64,000 nucleotides of DNA from an uncultured Actinomycetes bacterium. Lineage in GTDB: Bacteria > Actinomycetota > UBA4738 > HRBIN12. Every line of letters starts with the position of its first letter. The stretch's first letter is position 1. This document shows, piece after piece, positions 54,476 to 63,757 of the stretch. The position numbers and the translations under genes were made by a program. The notes beneath the pieces are model-generated. The model was not told the origin of the DNA. It did not search any database and saw only the letters and a program-made list of their open reading frames with translations. The DNA is taken from NCBI GenBank assembly GCA_963771385.1, contig CAVYTE010000011.1, positions 8,573 through 72,572 on the forward strand, given 5' to 3'.

Positions 54476-55734
54476 TAGCGCTCCGTCTCATCCACCTGGA
54501 TCCGACCGGCACGCTGGTGCGTGAACATCGCCCAGCTCCAATCGACCACCGCCCGAGCTCGGTCCTCGCCGGTCGACAGGAGCGCCAGGTGGACCGTGCC
54601 CCAGGCGAGCCACGCCGTGGTCCCGGTGAGGGATCTTCCACGCCGGAACTGCACCACCGCGGCCTTGGGACCGATCGTGGCCATCGTCCCCTTGTCCTCG
54701 TACTCGAAGGGCTCGACCTTCTTCTTGCGGAGGGTGCGCGAGATCGTCTCGCCGGCGTGCCCTCCGGCCTGAAGCGCGACCGAACCGAGCTGCGGCAGGA
54801 CGCTCTTGGTCTTCGTGTCGGTGATCCAGGCGATGTCGCCCACGCCGAACACCTCGGGATGGTTCGGCACCGTCAGGTCCGGGCCGACCGGGACACGGTT
54901 GCCGTGCTGGAGCTCGACCCCGAGGCCCGAGACGATCGGGTTGGCCTGCAGGCCGGCGCCCCAGATCAGCGTGTGCGCCTTCAGCACCGTTCCCGACTTC
55001 AGCCGGACGCGGGTGGCCTGGATGCTCGAGACGACCTCGCCGAGCATGATCTCGACGGTTCGCTTCTCGAGCGTCTTCTTGGCGTAGGTCTGCAGTCCCT
55101 TCTTGAACATCGAGAGCACCGCGCCCCCGGCCTCGACCACGATGACCCGAGCCTTGTCTTGCGGGATGTCCGGGTAGTCCTTGGCCAGGTTCGCCCGATA
55201 GAGCTCGGCGAGTGCCCCGGCACTCTCGACACCGGTCGGACCCGCTCCGACGACGACCACGTTCAATGCGCCGTCCTCGATCAGGGCCGGGTCCCGGTCC
55301 GCCGCCGCCCAGCGCTCGAGCACGTGCTTCTTCAGGCGTACCGCGTCTGGCAGCGTGTACATCGGGAACGCGTGCTCGTCCGCGCCCGGGACCCCGAAGA
55401 AGTTGACCGTGGCCCCCAGCCCGAGCACTAGGTAGTCGTACGGGCGCGGCTTCATCTCGGCGAACGAGACTCGGCGCTCGTCGAGGTCGATCCCGGTCAC
55501 TGTGGCCTGCTTGACCGAGACGTTGTCGTGATCGTGGAACAGGTCACGGAGCGGGTGGCCGACCGTCGACGTTTCGAGGAGGTCCGTCGCCACCTGGTAC
55601 AGCAGCGGCTGGAACGTGTGGTAGTCGTGCTTGTCCACGAGCAAGATATCGGCGTCGGTGTCCTTCAGCTTCTTGACCGCCCCCACGCCTCCGAATCCGC
55701 CCCCCAGGATCACGACCTTCGAACGGTCCGGCAT
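54475..55734 (-). CDS. ndh: type II NADH dehydrogenase (NDH-2)
   Basis: KVVILGGGFGGVGAV, VVVVGAGPTGVESAG, GDIAWI. GGGGAGG RBS before ATG 55734. Confidence 0.9.
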   Translation of the reverse strand: MPDRSKVVILGGGFGGVGAVKKLKDTDADILLVDKHDYHTFQPLLYQVATDLLETSTVGHPLRDLFHDHDNVSVKQATVTGIDLDERRVSFAEMKPRPYDYLVLGLGATVNFFGVPGADEHAFPMYTLPDAVRLKKHVLERWAAADRDPALIEDGALNVVVVGAGPTGVESAGALAELYRANLAKDYPDIPQDKARVIVVEAGGAVLSMFKKGLQTYAKKTLEKRTVEIMLGEVVSSIQATRVRLKSGTVLKAHTLIWGAGLQANPIVSGLGVELQHGNRVPVGPDLTVPNHPEVFGVGDIAWITDTKTKSVLPQLGSVALQAGGHAGETISRTLRKKKVEPFEYEDKGTMATIGPKAAVVQFRRGRSLTGTTAWLAWGTVHLALLSTGEDRARAVVDWSWAMFTHQRAGRIQVDETER

Positions 55735-55870
55735 CGGGACCTCCCCTGTCTCGATCGAAGAGTTCACAATCTAGCGGGTAGCACTCGTAAGCAACTCGCC
55801 GCCATTCGTGGCAGCATCGGTCTCGACGGCCTGATCCGGCTCGAGGCTTCCGATAGAACGGAGGACCGCG

Positions 55871-57277
55871 ATGGCGAACGCATCGGTAGCGGACCCTCGC
55901 AACGCGGACGTGCTGGTGATCTTCGGGATCACCGGCGACCTGGCCAAGGTGATGACGTTCCGATCTCTGTACCGATTGGAACGGCGAGGGCTCCTCGACT
56001 GCCCGATCCTGGGCGTCGCGGTCGACGACTGGTCGGTGGACGACCTGAGGGAGCGGGCCCGGACCTCGATCGTCGGCACGGGCGAGCCGCTGGACGAGGC
56101 GATCTTCGAGCCCCTCGCCTCGCGGTTCTCGTACGTCGCCGGCGACTTCTCCGACACCGAGACCTACAAGCACGTGGCCGACGCGATCTCGGAGGCCCGG
56201 ATGCCTGTCTTCTACTTGGAGATCCCGCCGTTCCTATTCGGCACGGTGATCAGGGGTCTGCACGACGCGGGTCTGACGGACGCGGCCAGGGTGGTGGTCG
56301 AGAAGCCGTTCGGGCACGACCGCGAGTCCGCTCATGCGCTCGCGGAGGAGATCCACCGGTACATCGACGAGTCGCAGCTGTATCGGATCGACCACTACCT
56401 AGGGAAGATGGGGCTCGGCGAGATCCTGCACCTGCGGTTCGCCAACGCGATGCTCGAGCCGGTCTGGAGCCGCACCTTCCTGTCCACCGTCCAGATCACG
56501 ATGGCGGAGTCGTTCGGCGTCGAGGATCGCGGTCACTTCTACGATCCCGTGGGAGCGTTGCGTGACGTGGTCGTGAACCACTTGATGCAGCTGGTCGCGG
56601 CCTGCGCGATGGAGGCGCCGTCCCGCGGGGACCCGTCGACCATCAAGGACGCGCAGGTCAACATCTTCCGAGCTGTCGCCGAGGCCGACCCGGCGCACTA
56701 CGTCCGCGGGCAGTACGAGGGCTACCGGGAGATCGACGGGGTCGCGAAGGACTCGTCGACCGAGACGTTCGCGGCGCTTCGTCTCGACATCGAGAACTGG
56801 CGGTGGGAGGGCGTCCCCTTCTTCATCCGAGCGGGCAAGCGCCTGCCGATCACCCAGACCGAACTGCGGCTGGTGTTCAAGCATCCCCCGAGGCTCGGGT
56901 TCGGGCTCCTGGATCGCCGGCCGGAGGAGAACCAGCTCGTGGTTCGACTCGACCCGACGACCGGCATCCGGCTGACCGTCGAGGCGCACCGGGCCGACAC
57001 GGAGGGGGCCGCCCCGATCCATCTGGACATGGAGTTCGCCGAGGACGGGGGCGAGGGACCGACGCCGTACGAGGTGCTCCTCCATGCTGCGATGAAGGGC
57101 GACAGCACGCGCTTCATCCGGCAGGACGCCGTCGAGGAGACTTGGCGCGTATTCCAGCCGCTGCTGGACGCGCCGCCGTCCGTCCAGCCGTACGTACCGT
57201 CGACGTGGGGTCCTGACGCGGCCAACGAGCTGGTCGAGGGATCCGGGAGGTGGCACGAGCCGTGGGTGAGCCGATGA
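55871..57277 (+). CDS. zwf: glucose-6-phosphate dehydrogenase
   Basis: VIFGITGDLA, VVEKPFGHD, RIDHYLGK. 468 aa. Confidence 0.95.
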   Translation: MANASVADPRNADVLVIFGITGDLAKVMTFRSLYRLERRGLLDCPILGVAVDDWSVDDLRERARTSIVGTGEPLDEAIFEPLASRFSYVAGDFSDTETYKHVADAISEARMPVFYLEIPPFLFGTVIRGLHDAGLTDAARVVVEKPFGHDRESAHALAEEIHRYIDESQLYRIDHYLGKMGLGEILHLRFANAMLEPVWSRTFLSTVQITMAESFGVEDRGHFYDPVGALRDVVVNHLMQLVAACAMEAPSRGDPSTIKDAQVNIFRAVAEADPAHYVRGQYEGYREIDGVAKDSSTETFAALRLDIENWRWEGVPFFIRAGKRLPITQTELRLVFKHPPRLGFGLLDRRPEENQLVVRLDPTTGIRLTVEAHRADTEGAAPIHLDMEFAEDGGEGPTPYEVLLHAAMKGDSTRFIRQDAVEETWRVFQPLLDAPPSVQPYVPSTWGPDAANELVEGSGRWHEPWVSR

Positions 57278-59169
57278 GCCAACGCGACAAGCAGATGCCC
57301 GACGGCCAAAGTGCGGCGATGCCGTCGCCCTTCCCCCCGATCGCCGATTTTGCGTTCCTGTCCGACTGCCACACCGGAGCGCTGATCGCGCCGGACGGAG
57401 CGGTGGACTGGCTGTGCGTCCCGCGGTTCGATTCGCCGAGCATCTTCGGCAGCCTGCTCGATCGGCAGGCCGGGGCGTTCCGGTTCGGCCCGTACGGCAT
57501 CAACGTCCCGTCGCAGATCGCGTACGAACCAGGGACGAACGTCCTCGTGACGACGTGGAAGACGCCGGCTGGATGGGTGGTCGTGCGCGACGCGCTCACG
57601 ATGGGACCTCGCGAAGGCGAGGACAGCGTGACCCCCCACACTCGTCCCCCCGCCGACGACGACGCCGACCACACGCTGGTGCGCACGGTCACGTGCCTGG
57701 ACGGGCAGGTCGAGATCGAGCTCGTCTGCGAGCCGATCTTCGACTACGGCCGCGACGATCCGAACTGGACGATCGAGCACGACGACGGCCACTCGGCCGT
57801 GGCGACGGGAGGGGAACTCACGATCCGGCTCCAAACCGACCTGTCGCTCGGCGTCGAGGGTGAACGGGTGCGTGCCCGTCACGCCCTGAACGCCGGGGAG
57901 CGCGCGTACTGCTCGCTCTCATGGGGCAACGACATGGCCGGCCCCGCCGACGTGGACGAGGCGGAGGCCCGCATCGCCGCCACCGTCCGGTACTGGAGAG
58001 GGTGGCTCGGACGGGCTCGCATCCCGGATCACCGCTGGCGTGAACCGATCCAACGTTCGGCCCTCGTGGTCAAGGGGCTCACCTACATGCCGACGGGAGC
58101 CACGGTCGCCGCTCTTACGACCTCGCTGCCCGAGACCCCGGGCGGCGAGCGGAACTGGGACTACCGCTTCACGTGGATGCGCGACTCCACATTCACGCTG
58201 CAGGCGCTGCACTATCTCAACCTGGACTGGGAGGCCGACGAGTTCATGCAGTTCATCGCCGACCTGGAGCCCAACGACGATGGCGCGATACAGATCATGT
58301 ACGGGATCGACGGTCGGCGGGACCTGACCGAGTCGACGCTCGACGGCATGTCGGGGTACGCCGGCGCACGCCCGGTGCGGATCGGCAACGGCGCCTACAA
58401 CCAGCGACAGAACGATGTCTACGGAGCCGTGCTCGACTCTATCCTCATGCACACACGCCGCAGCCAGCGCCTCCCCAGGCGTCTGTGGCCGGTCGTTCAA
58501 TCACAAGCGGAGTGTGCGACACGGGTGTGGCGCGAGCCCGACCAGGGCATCTGGGAGGCACGAGGTGCGCCGCAGCAGTACGTCTCCTCGAAGCTCATGT
58601 GCTGGGTCGCGCTCGACCGGGCGGCCAAGCTCGCCCACATCGCCGGGGATCCCGAACTCGCGCTGACCTGGGACAAGACGGCGGAGGAGATCCATCAGGA
58701 CATCCTCGATCACGGAATGAGCGACCACGGGGTCCTGCGCCAGCACTACGACACGGACGCGCTCGACGCCTCGACGCTGCTCGCGCCGATCTTCGGGTTC
58801 CTCCCGGGGACCGATGAACGTATGCACGCATCGGTGCTCGCGATCGCCGACGAGCTCACCGAGAACGGGTACGTGCTCCGGTACCGGACCGACGAGACGG
58901 ACGACGGCCTGTCGGGCAAGGAGGGCACGTTCCTGATCTGCTCGTTCTGGCTGGTGTCGGGGCTCGCGATCGTCGGCGAGGAACAGCGTGCGCGAGACCT
59001 CATGGAACGGCTGCTGCGAATCGCCTCCCCGCTAGGGCTGTACGCCGAGGAATACGACGTCGAGACCGGGCGGCACCTCGGCAACACCCCGCAGGCGTTC
59101 TCGCACCTGGCCCTGATCGAGGCGGCCGGCAGGATCATCCTCTCCGAGCGGGTGGCGGAGATCTCATGA
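57274..59169 (+). CDS. glycoside hydrolase family 15 protein (glucoamylase/trehalase-like)
   Basis: ATG 57274 overlaps the zwf stop (ATGA). IADFAFLSDCHTGALIAPDGAVDWLCVPRFDSPSIFG, NWDYRFTWMRDS, EGTFLICSFWLV and AFSHLALIEAA are typical of GH15. Confidence 0.9.
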   Translation: MSQRDKQMPDGQSAAMPSPFPPIADFAFLSDCHTGALIAPDGAVDWLCVPRFDSPSIFGSLLDRQAGAFRFGPYGINVPSQIAYEPGTNVLVTTWKTPAGWVVVRDALTMGPREGEDSVTPHTRPPADDDADHTLVRTVTCLDGQVEIELVCEPIFDYGRDDPNWTIEHDDGHSAVATGGELTIRLQTDLSLGVEGERVRARHALNAGERAYCSLSWGNDMAGPADVDEAEARIAATVRYWRGWLGRARIPDHRWREPIQRSALVVKGLTYMPTGATVAALTTSLPETPGGERNWDYRFTWMRDSTFTLQALHYLNLDWEADEFMQFIADLEPNDDGAIQIMYGIDGRRDLTESTLDGMSGYAGARPVRIGNGAYNQRQNDVYGAVLDSILMHTRRSQRLPRRLWPVVQSQAECATRVWREPDQGIWEARGAPQQYVSSKLMCWVALDRAAKLAHIAGDPELALTWDKTAEEIHQDILDHGMSDHGVLRQHYDTDALDASTLLAPIFGFLPGTDERMHASVLAIADELTENGYVLRYRTDETDDGLSGKEGTFLICSFWLVSGLAIVGEEQRARDLMERLLRIASPLGLYAEEYDVETGRHLGNTPQAFSHLALIEAAGRIILSERVAEIS

Positions 59170-59194
59170 GGCGGACCTACCCGAAGGATCCGAC

Positions 59195-59266
59195 ATGAGC
59201 GACTACGACGTCATCGTCATCGGGACGGGTGCCGGAGGCGGTACCCTCGCCTGGCATCTAGCGCGA
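59195..59266 (+). pseudogene. 24-codon 5' stub of an FAD-dependent (GMC-type) oxidoreductase
   Basis: RBS GAAGGA, then [23 protein letters not shown] (GxGxxG dinucleotide fold start). After this the frame turns into Ser/Arg/Pro junk. Confidence 0.45.
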
Positions 59267-59363
59267 TCTTCCTCGTCGCGGCCGGCGCGACCTGGATCGC
59301 GGGCATCTTCCTCTCCGACGCCACCGACGTCGTCGACAAGCGCTTCAACCTGGGAGAGGCGAC

Positions 59364-59740
59364 GGCCGCGAGCCCGCCGCCGACCCGAGCCACGAACAGC
59401 ACGGCCTCGTTCGGCGCCCACGCCGCGAGCAGACTGAACGGGATCGCGAGCGCGGTTCCGACGATCAGCATCATCTTGCGTCCGTACCGATCGCCGAGCG
59501 CGCCGAGATACAGGACCGAGGCCGCGAGCCCCAGCGAGTACCCCACCGCTATCAGGTTGAGGCTGGTCTGGAGGCGTCGAACGCCGCTCCGATCGACGGC
59601 AGGGCGACGTTGGCCACCGCGAGGTTCAGGTTGGCGACGGCCGCAACCAGGATGAGCGCCAGCAGGACGAGTCCGGCGCCCTCCGGCGCCGTCGAGGTAT
59701 CCGATCGCCGATCCGCCGACGTCCGCGCGTCATCCTTCAT
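59364..59740 (-). pseudogene. 5' part of an MFS (DHA-type) transporter, frameshifted and 3'-truncated
   Basis: [34 protein letters not shown] (ORF 59552..59740) continues in another frame as [68 protein letters not shown]. The join is near 59565. Similarity ends near 59364. Confidence 0.65.
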
Positions 59741-60124
59741 GGCCTCCCTCCTCCGGGTGTGTCCATGTTCACGCCCGCTCCCTCATCGCCAACGCTGCCA
59801 GCCTCGGTGCGGACGGGCGGAGCGACCCAGCGCCGTCGATCGGGCATCGCACCGGCCGCTCACGGGACGTTACCTCGCCCAGCCCATCGAAGGCCTCGCA
59901 ACCAGTCCGGGTCCAGACCGACGGCGGCCGAACGCACCGGCCAGTGTCCGCGTCGCTCGAAGGCTGGAGGACGGCCTCGCGAGCCCAGCGCCACCGCCAC
60001 TCGCTCTATCTCAACCTTCCTGCGCACCGGTCCGTGTTGCCGCGGAGAGGCCGGCGATCTATGGTGATCCCGGGCCACGGACCCTAGCGAGACTGCACAC
60101 CGAGCTCTAACGAAAGGATCGAAC

Positions 60125-60583
60125 ATGGCAGACGTGTCCCTGGATGAACTCGGTCCCGTTGACTACATCGTCGTCGAGTTTCCGGCAGGAGCGAGCAACT
60201 TCACGGGCGAGATGGCGAAAGAACTGCTCGCTTTGGTGGACTCCGGAACGATCCGCGTGATCGACGTGCTGATCCTGACCAAGAACGAGGACGGTTCCAT
60301 CGAGGCGATGGAGCTTTCCGACGTCCCCGAGCTCGGAGCACTCCAAGCGGTCGAGGCGCAGCTGGCGGAGCTGTTGGCCGAGGAAGACGTCGTGCACCTC
60401 GCCGCCGCCATGGAACCAGGGAGCACTGCTGGAGTGCTGATCTGGGAGAACCTGTGGGCCGCGCCATTCGCCTCAGCGGCGCGGCGTTCTGGTGGCCAAC
60501 TGATCGCGAACGGACGGATCCCGATCCAGGCGATCATCGCCTCCATCGAGGCCGATGAGGCATCTCCAACCGAAGGAGGCTGA
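60125..60583 (+). CDS. DUF6325-like protein (family label from memory)
   Basis: MADVSLDELGPVDYIVVEFPAGASNFTGE...GTIRVIDVLILTKNEDGSIEAMEL...GSTAGVLIWENLWAAPFASAARRSGGQLIANGRIPIQAI. Paralog of 63311..63739. Confidence 0.75.
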   Translation: MADVSLDELGPVDYIVVEFPAGASNFTGEMAKELLALVDSGTIRVIDVLILTKNEDGSIEAMELSDVPELGALQAVEAQLAELLAEEDVVHLAAAMEPGSTAGVLIWENLWAAPFASAARRSGGQLIANGRIPIQAIIASIEADEASPTEGG

Positions 60584-60585
60584 AC

Positions 60586-60750
60586 ATGCCAGTGAGGCGA
60601 GCGCGTGTAGGAAGAGTGGGAGTCATCGGCGCCCCGGTGGCGAAGACCGCGGTCGTGGCAAAAGCCGTCACACCTGGCCCCTCCCCGGTAGCGAAGACCG
60701 CGGTCGTGGCCGCAGCCGTCACACCTGGGCGGCGTCGTCGGCGGATCTAA
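60586..60750 (+). CDS. 54-aa ORF resembling only the N-terminal part of the SHOCT-partner proteins
   Basis: GGAGG lies 6 nt upstream of the ATG, which starts 3 nt after the DUF6325-like stop. MPVRRARVGRVGVIGAPVAKTAVVAKAVTPGPSPVAKTAVVAAAVTPGRRRRRI, compared with MMMRRGPGLIGAAVTTAVVAGTATAVRGRVGRR at 63758. There is no SHOCT domain. Confidence 0.4.
   Translation: MPVRRARVGRVGVIGAPVAKTAVVAKAVTPGPSPVAKTAVVAAAVTPGRRRRRI
60634..60729 (+). repeat. tandem duplication (two 45-nt units 51 nt apart)
   Basis: CCGGTGGCGAAGACCGCGGTCGTGGCAAAAGCCGTCACACCTGGC against CCGGTAGCGAAGACCGCGGTCGTGGCCGCAGCCGTCACACCTGGG (40 of 45 identical). Confidence 0.65.
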
Positions 60751-60862
60751 CCACAAGCTGAGCCCTGAGGCATGTAAGGCGCAGCCTGTCAGCATAGCTC
60801 CGACCCATCCTTGCGCTCCGTGATCGCCTCTGTCAGGTGACCCCTACGGCTGCTGAACGTGC

Positions 60863-61849
60863 TCAGTCGTCGATCTCCTCCCAGACCGAGTGCTCGTCGT
60901 GCTCCTCCCACTCGGCGCCCGGCATCGCGATTGCCCAGCGCGTCCATGTCCCCATCGGCCGAGCCGGGGCGGTCCTGACCCTGGCGCGGACAACCATGTC
61001 GGGTGTGAGCTCCACGGGTGAGCGTAGCGGGGCCGTCGTCATACCCCAGTGCGTCGGCGGATCGGCGGGTCCCACCGAGAGCGAGACGCCGGGCGCGAGC
61101 TCGGCGCTGAACCAGAGTGCGAGCGCGTTGGCCGTTCCGGGCTCGGAAACCCGCAGCAGCGTCTCGGCTTCGTGGGGCGCCTCGGCCTGCTCGAGCGGGA
61201 TCACGTCCGCGTCCGTGCTCCACAACCGACCTGGCTCGGAGCGCCGGTCACCCTCCGTAAGGTGACGGTAGGCGCCGGAATAGAGGATCTCGTTGACGGT
61301 CATCTCGACCAGACCATCGAACCTGACACCGTACGGGTTGTCCTGCAGGAAACCCAGCGTCTCGCGGAGGTGGCGATCGTGCACCAGTCCGGCCGATGCC
61401 GTGACCGAGCTGGGGATCATTGCGCCGCCCGGCTTGAGCCAGCGGTCACGGGCGGCGATGACCGGAACCAGCATCCCTTCGTCGATCCCGAACCCGCCGA
61501 GCCACTCCGAGACGATCACGTCGACACGTTCCGGGAGCTCGATGCCGATGATGTCGCCGTGGATCACCTGGACGATCTCCGCGACCCCGTTGGCGGCGGC
61601 CAGCTCCTGCGCCAGGACGGCGACCGTCGTCCGCTCCACCGCGTAGACGCGCGCAGCTCCTGCCCTCGCCGCGAACAGGCTCAGGATGCCGGTCCCCGCT
61701 CCGACGTCGAGCACGACGTCGCCCGGGCGCACCACCGAGTCGATCGCACGACGGAAGGCCTCGGTGCGGACGCGGTCGCAGAGCATCGTGCGATGGACCT
61801 CGATCTCCGCGTACATCGGGTCCGTCGGGTTCCTGATCGGCGTCCGCAT
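60863..61849 (-). CDS. protein arginine N-methyltransferase (PRMT)-like class I SAM-dependent methyltransferase
   Basis: HRTMLCDRVRTEAFRRAI, motif I VVLDVGAGTGILSLFAARAGA, post-I VYAVE, double-E loop VIVSEWLGGFGIDEGML (E-x8-E), THW loop PPTHWGMT, and a C-terminal beta-barrel-length extension. 328 aa from ATG 61849. Confidence 0.85.
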   Translation of the reverse strand: MRTPIRNPTDPMYAEIEVHRTMLCDRVRTEAFRRAIDSVVRPGDVVLDVGAGTGILSLFAARAGAARVYAVERTTVAVLAQELAAANGVAEIVQVIHGDIIGIELPERVDVIVSEWLGGFGIDEGMLVPVIAARDRWLKPGGAMIPSSVTASAGLVHDRHLRETLGFLQDNPYGVRFDGLVEMTVNEILYSGAYRHLTEGDRRSEPGRLWSTDADVIPLEQAEAPHEAETLLRVSEPGTANALALWFSAELAPGVSLSVGPADPPTHWGMTTAPLRSPVELTPDMVVRARVRTAPARPMGTWTRWAIAMPGAEWEEHDEHSVWEEIDD

Positions 61850-61926
61850 GGTGCGTATTGTATGTTCTCGGTGTTCGTGGGCCGCTGACAAGCATGCCCA
61901 GGCGATCGAGTGAAGGGGGGTCTCTG

Positions 61927-62205
61927 ATGGGAATGAGGCGAAGGACGAGGCGCCGGGCGCTCGTCGCCGGGGCGGCGATCGCTCACCATCGTGGCAATGT
62001 GAACGCGGAGCAGCAGGAGGCCGCCTACGCGGAGGGGCAGCAAGCCGCCGCGCAGCAGGCACCGCCCGCCGCAGAGCCGGCGCAGTACGCGCCGCCTCCA
62101 CCCGACCCGGCGGAAGAGATCGAACACCTCGCCCAGTTGCACGAATCGGGTGCGATGACCGACGAGGAGTTCACGGCGGCCAAGGCGAAGGTCCTGGGGG
62201 CCTGA
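61927..62205 (+). CDS. SHOCT domain protein
   Basis: MGMRRRTRRRALVAGAAIAHH..., a Q/A/P-rich linker, and IEHLAQLHESGAMTDEEFTAAKAKVLGA (SHOCT motif). Confidence 0.8.
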   Translation: MGMRRRTRRRALVAGAAIAHHRGNVNAEQQEAAYAEGQQAAAQQAPPAAEPAQYAPPPPDPAEEIEHLAQLHESGAMTDEEFTAAKAKVLGA

Positions 62206-62260
62206 ACGGATCTTGCCTCGTCCGGGAAACGGCCGATAGATCTACACCGCGAAGGGAGAG

Positions 62261-62680
62261 GTGGCTGCGATGAGTGGATCGCGTAAAGAGGTGCTGTTGA
62301 AGGCGCTCGAGGCCGAGGTCGGTGGCGGATCGGACGATCTGAGCGCTCTGTTCACCGACGATGTCGTCGGCTGGTCGCCCTATGCGACCGTGTCAGGGCT
62401 CACGGCGCTCGGCGAGCTGGCCGCCCTCCGCGAGTTGGCGTTTTCCAACGTCGTCCTGTCGTTCCGGGGACTCGATGAGGTGGGCAACAAGGCCTTCGCT
62501 GAATGGCTCATCGAAGCCGATCACACGGGGCCACTCGTCCTCGGCGAGGACGCAGCGCTTGACGCAACGGGACGGCACGTCCAACTTGCCGGTGTCACGG
62601 TGGCCGACTTCCGCGACGAGAAGATCCGGTCGTACCGGACGTACTTCGACGACATCTCGCTGATCGAGCAGCTCGTCTGA
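62261..62680 (+). CDS. NTF2-like/SnoaL-like small protein
   Basis: 139 aa: ...LFTDDVVGWSPYATVSGL...FRGLDEVGNKAFAEWLIEADHTGPL...GVTVADFRDEKIRSYRTYFD. Confidence 0.65.
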   Translation: MAAMSGSRKEVLLKALEAEVGGGSDDLSALFTDDVVGWSPYATVSGLTALGELAALRELAFSNVVLSFRGLDEVGNKAFAEWLIEADHTGPLVLGEDAALDATGRHVQLAGVTVADFRDEKIRSYRTYFDDISLIEQLV

Positions 62681-62692
62681 CCAGCCACCGCA

Positions 62693-63148
62693 GTGGAGTT
62701 TCACGTCGAAGACGATCCGGATCCGCTCGACATCGGATTCCTCGAAACGCAGATCCGCCGTGAGGCGTCCGCCGCCATGGGGCTCGGTGACGAAGCCGAG
62801 CTGGCGATCTTCGTGCGCGAGGCCGGCAAGATCGTAGCCGGCATCAGTGGCTGGACCTGGGGTGACGGCTGCGAGCTGCAGAGCCTCTGGGTGGATCCGA
62901 ATCTCCGGGGTCGTTGGCTCGGGCCGCGGCTTCTCGCGGCCGCCGAGGCCGAGGCCGCGGCCCGCGGCTGCACGCAGACCGTTCACTTCACGTACGACTT
63001 TCAGGCTCGGCGCCTGTATGAATGGGCGGGCTACGACCTAGTGGGTCGGGTCGAGGGCTTCCCATCGGGAGCGAACGCCCTCTGGTACCGCAAGCGCCTG
63101 AACCCACCTCCGGTCGCGCAGAGCCAGCGCGCGACCGGCCGTCGCTAG
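62693..63148 (+). CDS. GNAT family N-acetyltransferase
   Basis: LQSLWVDPNLRGRWLGPRLLAAAEAEAAARGCTQTVHFTYDFQARRLYEWAGYDLVG is the acetyl-CoA-binding motif A pattern. Confidence 0.8.
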   Translation: MEFHVEDDPDPLDIGFLETQIRREASAAMGLGDEAELAIFVREAGKIVAGISGWTWGDGCELQSLWVDPNLRGRWLGPRLLAAAEAEAAARGCTQTVHFTYDFQARRLYEWAGYDLVGRVEGFPSGANALWYRKRLNPPPVAQSQRATGRR

Positions 63149-63310
63149 CAAACGGGCTGTCAGCCAGGGCCAGCTCGTGAGTTCATGCTCCTCCAGGTGG
63201 TAGCCGGCTCGAAACAGCAGCGCCCGGAAGGTACGAGGTGCAGCGGCTCGGAACGAGCCCTACCATGCAGGCGAGCCCGCTCCGCACCGGGAGACAGGAA
63301 GGAGGATCGG

Positions 63311-63739
63311 ATGAGCATCGGCCCCGTCGAGTACCTGATCGTGGCGTTCCCCGGGAACCGGTTCAAGGGTGAGATCGTCCCGGCGCTCAAGGAACAGGTG
63401 GATACGGGAACCATCAGGATCATCGACCTCGCGTTCGTGCTGAAGGATGCGGACGGCGCGGTCGTGACTGCCGAGATGGGGGATCTGGATTCGGAGGTCT
63501 ACAAGGCGTTCGACTCGCTCTCGCCGGAGCAGATGGGTCTGCTGAACGAGGAGGACCTCGCCGCCGCCGGCGAAGAGCTCGAGCCCAACTCGTCCGCCGC
63601 CCTCCTCGTATGGGAGGACGTGTGGGCGACGAAGATCCGCGATGCGATCGTGAACGCCGGAGGCGAGCTGCTCGACCTCGAGCGGGTCCCGTACGAGGTC
63701 GTTCAGGCGGCCGTCGAGTTCGCCGAGGCCAACAGGTAG
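63311..63739 (+). CDS. DUF6325-like protein (second copy)
   Basis: RBS GGAAGGAGGA, then MSIGPVEYLIVAFPGNRFKGEIVPALKEQVDTGTIRIIDLAFVLKDADGAVVTAEM...SSAALLVWEDVWATKIRDAIVNAGGELLDLERVPYEVV. Confidence 0.8.
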   Translation: MSIGPVEYLIVAFPGNRFKGEIVPALKEQVDTGTIRIIDLAFVLKDADGAVVTAEMGDLDSEVYKAFDSLSPEQMGLLNEEDLAAAGEELEPNSSAALLVWEDVWATKIRDAIVNAGGELLDLERVPYEVVQAAVEFAEANR

Positions 63740-63757
63740 CCGAAGGAGGAATGGACG

